28,736 bases of DNA from an uncultured Chlamydiae bacterium (GTDB taxonomy: Bacteria; Chlamydiota; Chlamydiia; Chlamydiales; Parachlamydiaceae), in NCBI GenBank assembly GCA_963830365.1, contig CAWHMU010000013.1, positions 1 to 28,736 of the forward strand, given 5' to 3'. Below, piece after piece: positions 17,866-26,308 of this stretch. Position numbers and translations under genes: made by a program. Position 1 is the stretch's first letter. Every line of letters starts with the position of its first letter. The notes beneath the pieces were generated by a model, which saw only the letters and a list, made by a program, of their open reading frames with translations, was not told the origin of the DNA and searched no databases.

Positions 17866-19074
17866 GTGACCCTCTTAAAGCTTATCGCTAAAAAATCCGG
17901 CAAATCCGAACGTGAACGCAAGGTGCTGCTCAGCCTCATCGAGCACTACTTAAAAACAGGTAAGCCTGTAGGTTCTAACACGCTCAAAGACACAGGCTTT
18001 GCCGATTTAAGCTCGGCCACCATCCGCAACTACTTTGCTAATCTGGAAAATGAAGGCTATCTGCTGCAGCAGCATACTTCCGGCGGCCGAATTCCCACCG
18101 ACAAAGCCTACCGCCTTTATGCTGAAGAATATAGCCAAAACGCCGACTGCCTAGCCAACACCCCCCCCCCCGTATTCTCACAGTTGCGCAGCCGTGAAAC
18201 ACGCGAAATCATCGCTTTTTTGCAGCAGGCCGCCGTAAAACTCAGCGAAAAAACACAGACGGCCGTCTTTTTGTCGGCACCGCGCTTTGAACAAGATTTT
18301 ATCATCGGCATTAAGCTGATCGTGATCGACTCCGAACGCTGCCTGTGCGCGCTGATGACAGACTTTGGGGATATCATCACAGAAGTTCTTTACATCGAAC
18401 AAAAGCTGAATGCCATTGCCGTCAAGCGCGTCGAAGCCTATTTCAACTGGCGCCTGACGGGACACAATAAACCCGACAACTTGAGCCAAGAAGAAGAGGA
18501 GCTGGCACTGAAACTTTATAATGAGCTCATGGTGCGCTATATAGTCAGCTACTCCCATTTCGAGCATGAAGAAATCTACCGCACCGGCTTTTCCTCACTG
18601 CTCGCCTATCCCGAATTCCACGATCCTAACCTGCTGGCCAACAGCCTGGCGCTCTTTGAAAACACCCATGGCATGCGCCTGCTGCTGACAGAGTGCAGTA
18701 AACTCAAAACCCTCAAATTCTGGATCGGCGAAGACTTAAATCCTTATACCTCGCAAGCTAAACCCAACTGCGCCGTCATCGCCATCCCCTACCATATCAA
18801 TCACCAAGCCGTTGGCGCCATCGGCCTGCTGGGCCCTGCGCGGATGCCCTACCGCAGCTTATTCAGCCTGCTGCGCCAGTTTGCAGAAAGCATCAGCGAG
18901 GCACTAACCAACAGCCTATATAAATTTAAAATCAGTATGCGCCAGCCAACACAAGAGACTATCGATCTCAAACAACAGGAGCTAAGAATGGTCGGCCAGA
19001 CAAGGCGCCTGTTGCTAGAAGATAAAAGTCCGGCACAAGCTGCCGCAAACCAGACATACCACCAAGCATTTTAG
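17866..19074 (+). CDS. hrcA: Heat-inducible transcription repressor HrcA, with a C-terminal extension
   Basis: YLKTGKPVGS, LSSATIRNYFANLENEGYLLQQHTSGGRIPTDKAYRLY and IGLLGPARMPY. GTG start with AAGGAG SD. CIRCE upstream. Confidence 0.96.
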   Translation: MTLLKLIAKKSGKSERERKVLLSLIEHYLKTGKPVGSNTLKDTGFADLSSATIRNYFANLENEGYLLQQHTSGGRIPTDKAYRLYAEEYSQNADCLANTPPPVFSQLRSRETREIIAFLQQAAVKLSEKTQTAVFLSAPRFEQDFIIGIKLIVIDSERCLCALMTDFGDIITEVLYIEQKLNAIAVKRVEAYFNWRLTGHNKPDNLSQEEEELALKLYNELMVRYIVSYSHFEHEEIYRTGFSSLLAYPEFHDPNLLANSLALFENTHGMRLLLTECSKLKTLKFWIGEDLNPYTSQAKPNCAVIAIPYHINHQAVGAIGLLGPARMPYRSLFSLLRQFAESISEALTNSLYKFKISMRQPTQETIDLKQQELRMVGQTRRLLLEDKSPAQAAANQTYHQAF

Positions 19075-19080
19075 GAGAAC

Positions 19081-19794
19081 ATGAGCATGGCATCGAACCC
19101 GCACGATAAGCATCATCAGCATGATAAAGATAAACATCATAAGCATGATCAGCCTCATCACAGCCAACACCCCCAGGCTGAAGAACAAGCTTCTGCCAAA
19201 GCGTCAGACATGCTGAACAACCAGACCGACACAACCTCACAAGAGAACCTTAGCGAAAAGCCGGCCGCAGCTCCCCGGGTTGCCAAATCTGTGACGATCA
19301 CCGATGTTGAACTCGAACAGCTGAAAAAAGATTTGGCGGAATATAAGGACAAATATCTGCGCAGCCTGGCTGAATCAGAAAATGCCCGCAAACGTCTGCA
19401 AAAAGAAAAACAGGAAATGATTCAATATGCCCTGCAAAATGTCATCGTGGATTTCCTGCATCCCATCGACCATATGGAAAACGCATTAAAGTTCACCCAG
19501 CAGATGTCTGAAGATGTCAAACACTGGGGCATCGGCTTCCAGATGATCTTATCGCAGTTTAAAGATGTGCTGAGCGCAAATAACGTCACACCCTATCTTT
19601 CCGAAGGCAAACCCTTCGACCCTCATCGCCATGAAGCTGTGGAAACTGTAGCTACCAGCGATTTTCCTCCTGGCACCGTCGTAGAAGAAAGCTTGAAAGG
19701 CTATACCATGGGGGATAAAATTATCCGCCCTGCCCGTGTGAAAGTGACTAAAGCGCCCGAAGCTGCCGCATCGAACAATGCGGAAAAGAAATAG
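19081..19794 (+). CDS. grpE: Nucleotide exchange factor GrpE with a His-rich N-terminus
   Basis: YLRSLAESENARKR, FDPHRHEAV and GYTMGDKIIRPARVKV. AGGAG SD. Lies between hrcA and dnaK. Confidence 0.97.
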   Translation: MSMASNPHDKHHQHDKDKHHKHDQPHHSQHPQAEEQASAKASDMLNNQTDTTSQENLSEKPAAAPRVAKSVTITDVELEQLKKDLAEYKDKYLRSLAESENARKRLQKEKQEMIQYALQNVIVDFLHPIDHMENALKFTQQMSEDVKHWGIGFQMILSQFKDVLSANNVTPYLSEGKPFDPHRHEAVETVATSDFPPGTVVEESLKGYTMGDKIIRPARVKVTKAPEAAASNNAEKK

Positions 19795-19859
19795 CAAAAA
19801 AATACAATTAACAAAAAATTAAATTAATACCCTGCAAGCACTATTGAAGGATTTTTATT

Positions 19860-21842
19860 ATGACCCAAGAAAAAAAGAAAAGCAAAATTATCGGTATCGA
19901 CCTGGGTACCACCAACTCATGCGTGGCCATCATGGAAGGCGGCGTGCCGAAGGTCATCGCCTCTGCCGAAGGCACACGCACCACACCATCCGTGGTCGCC
20001 TATAAAGGCGCAGAACGCTTGGTCGGCATCCCCGCCAAACGCCAGGCCGTAACCAACCCCGAAAACACCATCACCTCCTCCAAACGCTTCATCGGCCGCA
20101 AACGCTCTGAAGTCGAATCGGAGATCAAAACCGTTCCTTATAAAGTCGTCAGCAACAGCAACGGCGATGCCGTCTTTGAAGTGCAGGGCAAACAGGTCAG
20201 CCCGGAAGAAATCGCCGCCCAAATCCTAATCAAGATGAAAGAGACCGCCGAAGCCTATCTCGGCGAGAAAATCACTGAAGCTGTCATCACCGTGCCAGCC
20301 TACTTCAACGACTCCCAGCGCCAATCGACCAAAGATGCCGGCCGCATCGCAGGCCTTGATGTCAAACGCATCATCCCTGAACCGACAGCTGCAGCATTAG
20401 CCTACGGCATGGACAAAGAAAAGACAGACAAGAAAATTGCCGTCTTCGACCTTGGCGGCGGTACCTTCGATATCTCCATCCTGGAAATCGGCGATGGCGT
20501 CTTTGAAGTGCTGTCCACCAATGGCGATACCCACCTCGGCGGCGACGACTTCGACAATGAGATCCTCAAATGGATGCTTGAAACATTCAAGCAAGAGCAA
20601 GGCATCGACCTGCATAACGACAAAATGGCGCTGCAGCGTCTGCGCGATGCTGCTGAAAAAGCCAAGATCGAGTTGTCGGGTACAGCCACCACCGAGATCA
20701 ACCAGCCATTCATCACCATGGATGCCAGCGGTCCTAAGCACTTAGCGCTGAGCTTATCGCGCTCCAAGCTGGAAAGTCTCACGCACAACCTCATCGAACG
20801 CACCCGCGAACCATGCCTAAAAGCCCTCAAAGATTCAGGCTTGAATAAAGAAGATATCGGCGAAATCATCCTGGTGGGTGGCATGACACGTATGCCTGCC
20901 GTTCAGGAAATAGTAAAAGCGATCTTCGGCAAGGAAGGACATAAAGGCGTCAACCCCGATGAAGTGGTCGCCGTCGGCGCTGCCATCCAGGGCGGTGTCT
21001 TGGCAGGCACAGTCAAAGACGTGCTCCTGCTCGACGTCACTCCACTAACTTTGGGTATCGAAACCATGGGCGGCATCATGACGCCGCTGGTGGAACGCAA
21101 CACCACTATCCCGACCCAAAAGAAGCAGACTTTCTCAACGGCTGCCGACAACCAGCCGGCCGTCACCATCCGCATCCTGCAAGGGGAACGCAAGATGGCT
21201 AACGACAACAAAGAAGTCGGTCGCTTCGACCTTACCGATATCCCGCCGGCACCGCGCGGATTGCCGCAAATCGAGGTGGCCTTCGACATCGATGCCGACG
21301 GCATCTTGCACGTCTCTGCCAAGGACAAAGCCAGCGGTAAAGAACAGAAGATCCGCATCGAAGCCCAATCCGGCCTGCAGGAAGAAGATATCAAACGCAT
21401 GCTGAAAGATGCCGAACTGCATGCCGAAGATGATAAAAAACGCCGCGAAGAAGTCGAAACTGTCAATGAAGCCGACTCTCTTGCCTTCAGGGCCACTAAA
21501 GCCTTGAATGAATATGGCGACAAGTTGCCGAAAGATGTCGTCGATGACGTGCAAGCCAAAATCGATGCCGTTAAAAAGGCCATCGAAAGCAATGATGTCA
21601 GCCGCATTAAGGCTGCCAAAAGTGAGCTAGAAAGCCATATGCAGCATATCGGCGAAGCTATGGCTAAAGCGTCCGGTCAAGGCGCTGCTGCCGGCGGCAT
21701 GCCGGGCGGCGATGGCGCCCACCACGACCATGAAGGCAGCGGTGAACACCACCACCAGCACCAAGGCAGCGGGCATCAAGGCAGCTCCGATAGCGACAAT
21801 ATCGAAGAAGCCGATGTCGAGATCATCGACCCGAAGCAATAA
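19860..21842 (+). CDS. dnaK: Chaperone DnaK (Hsp70)
   Basis: [52 protein letters not shown] and C-terminal EEADVEII. Confidence 0.99.
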   Translation: MTQEKKKSKIIGIDLGTTNSCVAIMEGGVPKVIASAEGTRTTPSVVAYKGAERLVGIPAKRQAVTNPENTITSSKRFIGRKRSEVESEIKTVPYKVVSNSNGDAVFEVQGKQVSPEEIAAQILIKMKETAEAYLGEKITEAVITVPAYFNDSQRQSTKDAGRIAGLDVKRIIPEPTAAALAYGMDKEKTDKKIAVFDLGGGTFDISILEIGDGVFEVLSTNGDTHLGGDDFDNEILKWMLETFKQEQGIDLHNDKMALQRLRDAAEKAKIELSGTATTEINQPFITMDASGPKHLALSLSRSKLESLTHNLIERTREPCLKALKDSGLNKEDIGEIILVGGMTRMPAVQEIVKAIFGKEGHKGVNPDEVVAVGAAIQGGVLAGTVKDVLLLDVTPLTLGIETMGGIMTPLVERNTTIPTQKKQTFSTAADNQPAVTIRILQGERKMANDNKEVGRFDLTDIPPAPRGLPQIEVAFDIDADGILHVSAKDKASGKEQKIRIEAQSGLQEEDIKRMLKDAELHAEDDKKRREEVETVNEADSLAFRATKALNEYGDKLPKDVVDDVQAKIDAVKKAIESNDVSRIKAAKSELESHMQHIGEAMAKASGQGAAAGGMPGGDGAHHDHEGSGEHHHQHQGSGHQGSSDSDNIEEADVEIIDPKQ

Positions 21843-21874
21843 CTAAATCGGGAAATTCGATATCATGCGTCTAC

Positions 21875-21905
21875 ACCAGAGGGCACCTGCCCTCTGGTTT
21901 TTTTT
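21875..21905 (+). terminator. Intrinsic terminator of the dnaK operon
   Basis: Stem ACCAGAGGGC / GCCCTCTGGT with a 4-nt loop, ending in a run of 8 T. Confidence 0.9.
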
Positions 21906-22065
21906 AGAACAATCTCCCCTTCCGCCTTACTTCCCTTCCGCTTTAAAAGAAAAAGACCTAAAGTACGAAGCAGATTAAAGCTACCTGCAAGTCGTTATAG
22001 CTGATGTTAAGCTCCTTAAAAGCGCCATAATTGTACCCACTGAATGCAAGTTCTCAAAAAAGCTG

Positions 22066-22094
22066 TTCTCTAAAAAATGCCGGACTGCTAAACA
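22066..22094 (+). promoter_or_regulatory. Putative promoter shared by the two paralogous genes (copy 1)
   Basis: TTCTCT-N17-TAAACA with a TGn extension. The same spacing is conserved at 24745-24773. Confidence 0.4.
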
Positions 22095-22219
22095 TGTTGG
22101 GCATTACAACATAATTTTTGCAGCGAGACCAAAATCCAAAATCCCGATAACCAACACCCATCCGCCTGAATAGCAAATAGATATAACACAACTCAACGAC
22201 ACAAAGGCAGCCAGTTCCG

Positions 22220-23065
22220 ATGATTAACGCAATCACAGTTTTACGATCGATGCGATATATATGTGCGCTTGCACTGCTCTTTATCAACACCTCGGCAAAA
22301 ATTGAGGCGGCAGACCTTGACATCAGCGCAGCCGTAGCCAACACCTCATCGTCACCTTATGTATACAATCCCTATGTCGACATGGAATTGTGGGATATAC
22401 TGACGCCCTATTTCCTGCCGGAGCATTTTCCAGAAAAAGCCGCCCTCGACCGCATCTTCAGCAAAAGGCGCGTGCTCAGCTCGGTCGAATCCATGCGCAA
22501 AGCAGGCTTTCTGATCATCAGCCCGACGGATAAAATCATCGTCGCCCGCCATTACAAGCTGCCAGGCTTTTTAATCAAAGTCTACCTGGATCCACTCAGC
22601 ATCGGCGAATGGATCTGGTGGAAAAAGCGCATCGACGGGGCTAGATTGATCCAGGCCGGCATCAACCAGCATGGGTATCAGGGCTTTATGAAGACCCCGC
22701 GCAAATGGATCTATCCCCTGCCCGCGGATCCTGGGCCAAAAGAAGGGCACAACCGCCGCAACTTCATTCTGGTCGTCGAAGATGTAGAGCCGCTCAGCCC
22801 CCACAAAAACCATCTGGCTTACAAAAATAAGATGACCCCCGACATCCTCAATGCCCTGTATAACCTATTGACGGAAAATCTGCTGATCGATTCTGTATAT
22901 GCCGACAACACCCCCTTCTGCAAGGATGGAAAGATAGCCTTTCTTGATACCGAGCATGCCCAAGATCTCACCCAGCCCTTGCCACTGTCTGCTGTAGGGA
23001 ACTTCCTGTCAACCGAGATGCGCGACTACTGGATACAGATGATCCAAACCGGTGGGCCCCACTAA
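22220..23065 (+). CDS. Exported hypothetical protein with protein-kinase-like motifs, paralog 1
   Basis: Signal-peptide-like N-terminus, FLIK (beta3 Lys), FILVVE (hinge), D-x5-N (IDSVYADN) and DGKIAFLDTE (DFG-like). Clear paralog of 24891-25742. Confidence 0.8.
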   Translation: MINAITVLRSMRYICALALLFINTSAKIEAADLDISAAVANTSSSPYVYNPYVDMELWDILTPYFLPEHFPEKAALDRIFSKRRVLSSVESMRKAGFLIISPTDKIIVARHYKLPGFLIKVYLDPLSIGEWIWWKKRIDGARLIQAGINQHGYQGFMKTPRKWIYPLPADPGPKEGHNRRNFILVVEDVEPLSPHKNHLAYKNKMTPDILNALYNLLTENLLIDSVYADNTPFCKDGKIAFLDTEHAQDLTQPLPLSAVGNFLSTEMRDYWIQMIQTGGPH

Positions 23066-23099
23066 ATGTGACAGCCAAATTCACCAAAAAAAACACTTG

Positions 23100-24593
23100 T
23101 TAACGATGAGGGGGCGATTTCTTTGGATCTTCAGTCAGCCACGCTGCCCAAGCCGGTATTAGCACCTTGAAAGCCGGCGTTGTCACATCAAAAACGCTAT
23201 CGCCTGTGCCTTGTTTGGAGACAGCAAAACTGCCTATGGTTTCAACAAAGGAAAATAAAACATTCCCTTCGCTACACTTAGAACTTCCTAACACCCCAAC
23301 AAAATTGCTACAAGCATCCCTAAACGCATTTTTCGCTTTATCTTTATCAGCATAACCGCTGACATTGATGCCGTGACCTTTTTTTTCAGAAATATATGCG
23401 CTGGCAGCCATGTTGCACATTCCATTTGTCAACGTCTCAAAAAGATAAAGCATCATCACTTCAGAACAATTTTCTGCCGCCTTGACATGATTTTTCAACC
23501 CAAGTAGATCTATGACCTTATTATCCCCTAAACCATAATCTGTTTTACGCCCTTGGACAAGCCAGCTTGGCGGCGCATATTTTCGCACCGCTCTTCGCGC
23601 CACAACTTTTTGAATTAGCCGTATAAAGCGCTTGACAGCATCTTTAATATGCCGCCACAGACTTTTACTCAGTATGCCAGCACCTTTCGTCGTCAAGGAA
23701 TCTAAGTCTTTCGTCATCAGGCGCGCCATGTTCTTCGAAATTTTATTATCCATCTGTGCTTTAAAATCCTTAAGCGTCGATTCTTTACCGTTCAATTTTT
23801 CGATCATCTGCTCAGGTGTCGCATGCTGATCTAACTCGCCCACTATCTTTACAAGCTTCCCTAGCTCATTGACCATTTCAACGCCAAGCCGTGCAAGGTT
23901 CCTTTCATCTGATAGCTTACTCAAATTATGCGAAATATGCTTTAGATAAACTTCAGCAGATTCGGTGGCTACTAATTTTTGCAAATCGTTCTTCGCTAAA
24001 CCTTCAATCGAATCCATTACCATCGAACTAAATGACGCATACCCAAAAATAGCCTGGGGCGTAAAATCCTTTACATAAGATACCACGGCCTCATCCTTAT
24101 GTTCAGCAACCACCTTGCTGGCTATCTTGGCACCGGTCACCATAACATCTCCAAAGGCATGGGTCCCATGATTTACTATATCACCCGCTATATCCAGCCC
24201 CTCCTTCAAAGCACCAGTCACCGTATGTCCAGCCTCGGTATTTAATAGATAACTTCCAGCAACTGCTGCTACATGTGCTGCCATGGCTGCCGCCTTACCT
24301 GCCAGCGCTGCACCTTGTACCAATCCTTTCAAACCCAGAGCAGCTGCTTCGCTCGCCATATTCAAACTCATCGTTGCTGTATTGCCCGCAACTCTCCCAA
24401 CCCGTGTGGCTAATGCGCCGACGCCCTTATATACAGTATTTACACCCCACCCGAGCCAAGATGTCCCGCTTTTTGTTTCTGGTTGCTCGCCAGACTTTCC
24501 CTGGATATCATCCGTTATTAGGGGAAGGACAGGCGATGACGGAGGAATAGGCACGTTTTTATAGTCTCTGTTAGTATCCATTTCACAACCCAT
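23100..24593 (-). CDS. Hypothetical protein (497 aa) with N-terminal 11-mer amphipathic repeats
   Basis: Long ORF with a Pro/Ser-rich N-terminus and a Gly/Ala-rich region of 11-residue periodicity (aa ~50-170). No family recognised. Confidence 0.85.
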   Translation of the reverse strand: MGCEMDTNRDYKNVPIPPSSPVLPLITDDIQGKSGEQPETKSGTSWLGWGVNTVYKGVGALATRVGRVAGNTATMSLNMASEAAALGLKGLVQGAALAGKAAAMAAHVAAVAGSYLLNTEAGHTVTGALKEGLDIAGDIVNHGTHAFGDVMVTGAKIASKVVAEHKDEAVVSYVKDFTPQAIFGYASFSSMVMDSIEGLAKNDLQKLVATESAEVYLKHISHNLSKLSDERNLARLGVEMVNELGKLVKIVGELDQHATPEQMIEKLNGKESTLKDFKAQMDNKISKNMARLMTKDLDSLTTKGAGILSKSLWRHIKDAVKRFIRLIQKVVARRAVRKYAPPSWLVQGRKTDYGLGDNKVIDLLGLKNHVKAAENCSEVMMLYLFETLTNGMCNMAASAYISEKKGHGINVSGYADKDKAKNAFRDACSNFVGVLGSSKCSEGNVLFSFVETIGSFAVSKQGTGDSVFDVTTPAFKVLIPAWAAWLTEDPKKSPPHR

Positions 24594-24744
24594 CTATGTG
24601 ATTATAAAAAAACACTTAAGATTATTTAATTATATCACACACAATAAATATTACTACAAATCACACTGTAAATAAAGTAACAGAAGTTGCCTCCGTTTTG
24701 AAACAAGGTATCCCAAAGCGTGAGGACTGAAAGATAAAAAACTA

Positions 24745-24773
24745 TTCTCGAAAAACAGCCGGCATGCTAAACA
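24745..24773 (+). promoter_or_regulatory. Putative promoter shared by the two paralogous genes (copy 2)
   Basis: TTCTCG-N17-TAAACA with a TGn extension, homologous to 22066-22094. Confidence 0.4.
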
Positions 24774-24890
24774 TAATCACTCTTTAGGTATTATTTTTGC
24801 TGCGAAGTTATTACGAGAAAATCCAACTTTTTCCTATCGATCTGAATCTAAAACACATAAAACACCTGCCATATAGGCCAACCAGATCCT

Positions 24891-25742
24891 ATGATTAACG
24901 CACGCGCCTCCTTTCGTATCATACTTTTTGCATGTGCTCTTTCGCTAACCTTCACCATTAGCGGGATCGAAATTGAATGCGTCCCCGTTGACTTGAGAGC
25001 CTCAAAAAATCACATGTCACCATCACCCTACACAGATAACCCTTATGTAGAGGCAAAAGTATGGGAGATCTTGACGCCATATTTCCTGCCTGAGCATTTC
25101 CCCGAAAAAGCCGCCCTCGACCGCATCTTCAGCAAAAGGCGCGTGCTCAGCTCGGAAAAAGCCCTGCGCAAGTCCGGTTTTTTAATCGTTAATACCTCGG
25201 AAAAAATCCTGGTGGCCCGCCATTATCAGTTAAAAGGGTATCTCATCAAAACCTACCTTGATGATTCAGCAGTGCTTAAAGAAACCAATACCCAGGAATG
25301 GTATTGGTGGAAAAAGCGCATCGATGGCGCCAACATCATCCAGGCCAGCATCAACAACTTCGGCTACCAAGACATCATGAAAGTCCCCAAAAAATGGATC
25401 TACCCCCTGCCTGCCGACCCTGCGCCAAAAGAAGGACAAAACGGCCGGAACTTCATTCTGGTGGTAGAAGATATGCAGGCTTTTGACAAATTCAATGCGC
25501 GCAAAGCCTACCGCCATGCTATCACGCCCTCTCTGCTTGATGCTATCTATGCCATGCTAATAGACACCCAGCTGTATGATGGCGTGTATCCCCACAACGT
25601 TCCCTTTTGCAGCGATGGCAAACTTGCCTTCGTAGACACTGAACACGTCTATCATCCATACGAGGTGCCCTTAGTTGTCCTTGCACAGTATTTATCACCC
25701 GACATGCACGCCTACTGGGATCAGCTGATCCATCACCCTTGA
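24891..25742 (+). CDS. Exported hypothetical protein with protein-kinase-like motifs, paralog 2
   Basis: Shares ILTPYFLPEHFPEKAALDRIFSKRRVLSS, WWKKRIDGA, KWIYPLPADP and RNFILVVED with paralog 1. Has YLIK, DGVYPHN and DGKLAFVDTE, plus a hydrophobic N-terminal signal. Confidence 0.8.
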   Translation: MINARASFRIILFACALSLTFTISGIEIECVPVDLRASKNHMSPSPYTDNPYVEAKVWEILTPYFLPEHFPEKAALDRIFSKRRVLSSEKALRKSGFLIVNTSEKILVARHYQLKGYLIKTYLDDSAVLKETNTQEWYWWKKRIDGANIIQASINNFGYQDIMKVPKKWIYPLPADPAPKEGQNGRNFILVVEDMQAFDKFNARKAYRHAITPSLLDAIYAMLIDTQLYDGVYPHNVPFCSDGKLAFVDTEHVYHPYEVPLVVLAQYLSPDMHAYWDQLIHHP

Positions 25743-25818
25743 AGTGATAACTTGCAAGTTTAAACTTGCATTTTCGGCCATTTTTCCGCTTAATGAAATC
25801 TAGCCTGGAGGTTCCATC

Positions 25819-26301
25819 ATGCTGCGCAATTTTCAACTTATTTTATTGTTGGGTCTATTTTTTTGTCTGAAATGCCACGCCGATACGGATACCGGCACAG
25901 TAATTTGGAGCGGCACTATTAATGCCGATGGCACCCCTAGCCCTGTTGTGCAGCTTGAACTAGGTCAGCGCTATCAACTTAAAGTCAGCGGCAGCATGAA
26001 TCTAGGCAATTGGTACCAAAACCACCAGCCGCTACGAAACGACGCCTGCTATCAATTCAATGACGCGGTCACGCCGACTAAATTAACTGCCACTAAAAAC
26101 AGCATGAGCCTATCGGTATGCGATGGCAAATATCACGCCGACCATGTCTATGTGTCCAAGCCTTTTCTAGCCTATCAGTCCGGCATTCACTGTTGGATAG
26201 ATGATACCGATTACAGCAACAACTCGGGTACACTGCAGCTTCAAGTCATCAAGCTGAGCCCGCAAAATACCAGCGAAAGCGCTGCCGAAAAGGGAAAGTA
26301 G
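25819..26301 (+). CDS. Secreted LecA/PA-IL-like lectin-domain protein
   Basis: Signal peptide ending CHA-D. IWSGTINA...LGQRYQLKVSGSMNLG and IDDTDYSNNSGTLQLQV resemble the LecA N- and C-terminal strands. GGAGG SD. Confidence 0.65.
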   Translation: MLRNFQLILLLGLFFCLKCHADTDTGTVIWSGTINADGTPSPVVQLELGQRYQLKVSGSMNLGNWYQNHQPLRNDACYQFNDAVTPTKLTATKNSMSLSVCDGKYHADHVYVSKPFLAYQSGIHCWIDDTDYSNNSGTLQLQVIKLSPQNTSESAAEKGK

Positions 26302-26308
26302 ATTCATT

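Noticed and set aside
19917..21839. Long antisense ORFs opposite dnaK (for example 20903-21619)
   Set aside because: A well-known artefact of hsp70 codon usage, historically mis-annotated as NAD-glutamate dehydrogenase. They lack GDH motifs, and the real GDH is at 14706-17765.
19860..21905. Absence of dnaJ after dnaK, and the HrcA C-terminal tail, as novelties
   Set aside because: Both are established features of Chlamydiae; I used them only as taxonomic hints.
22066..22130. Sigma54 or sigma28 promoter in the conserved upstream block
   Set aside because: No GG-N10-GC spacing and no TAAAG-N-CCGA arrangement conserved in both copies.
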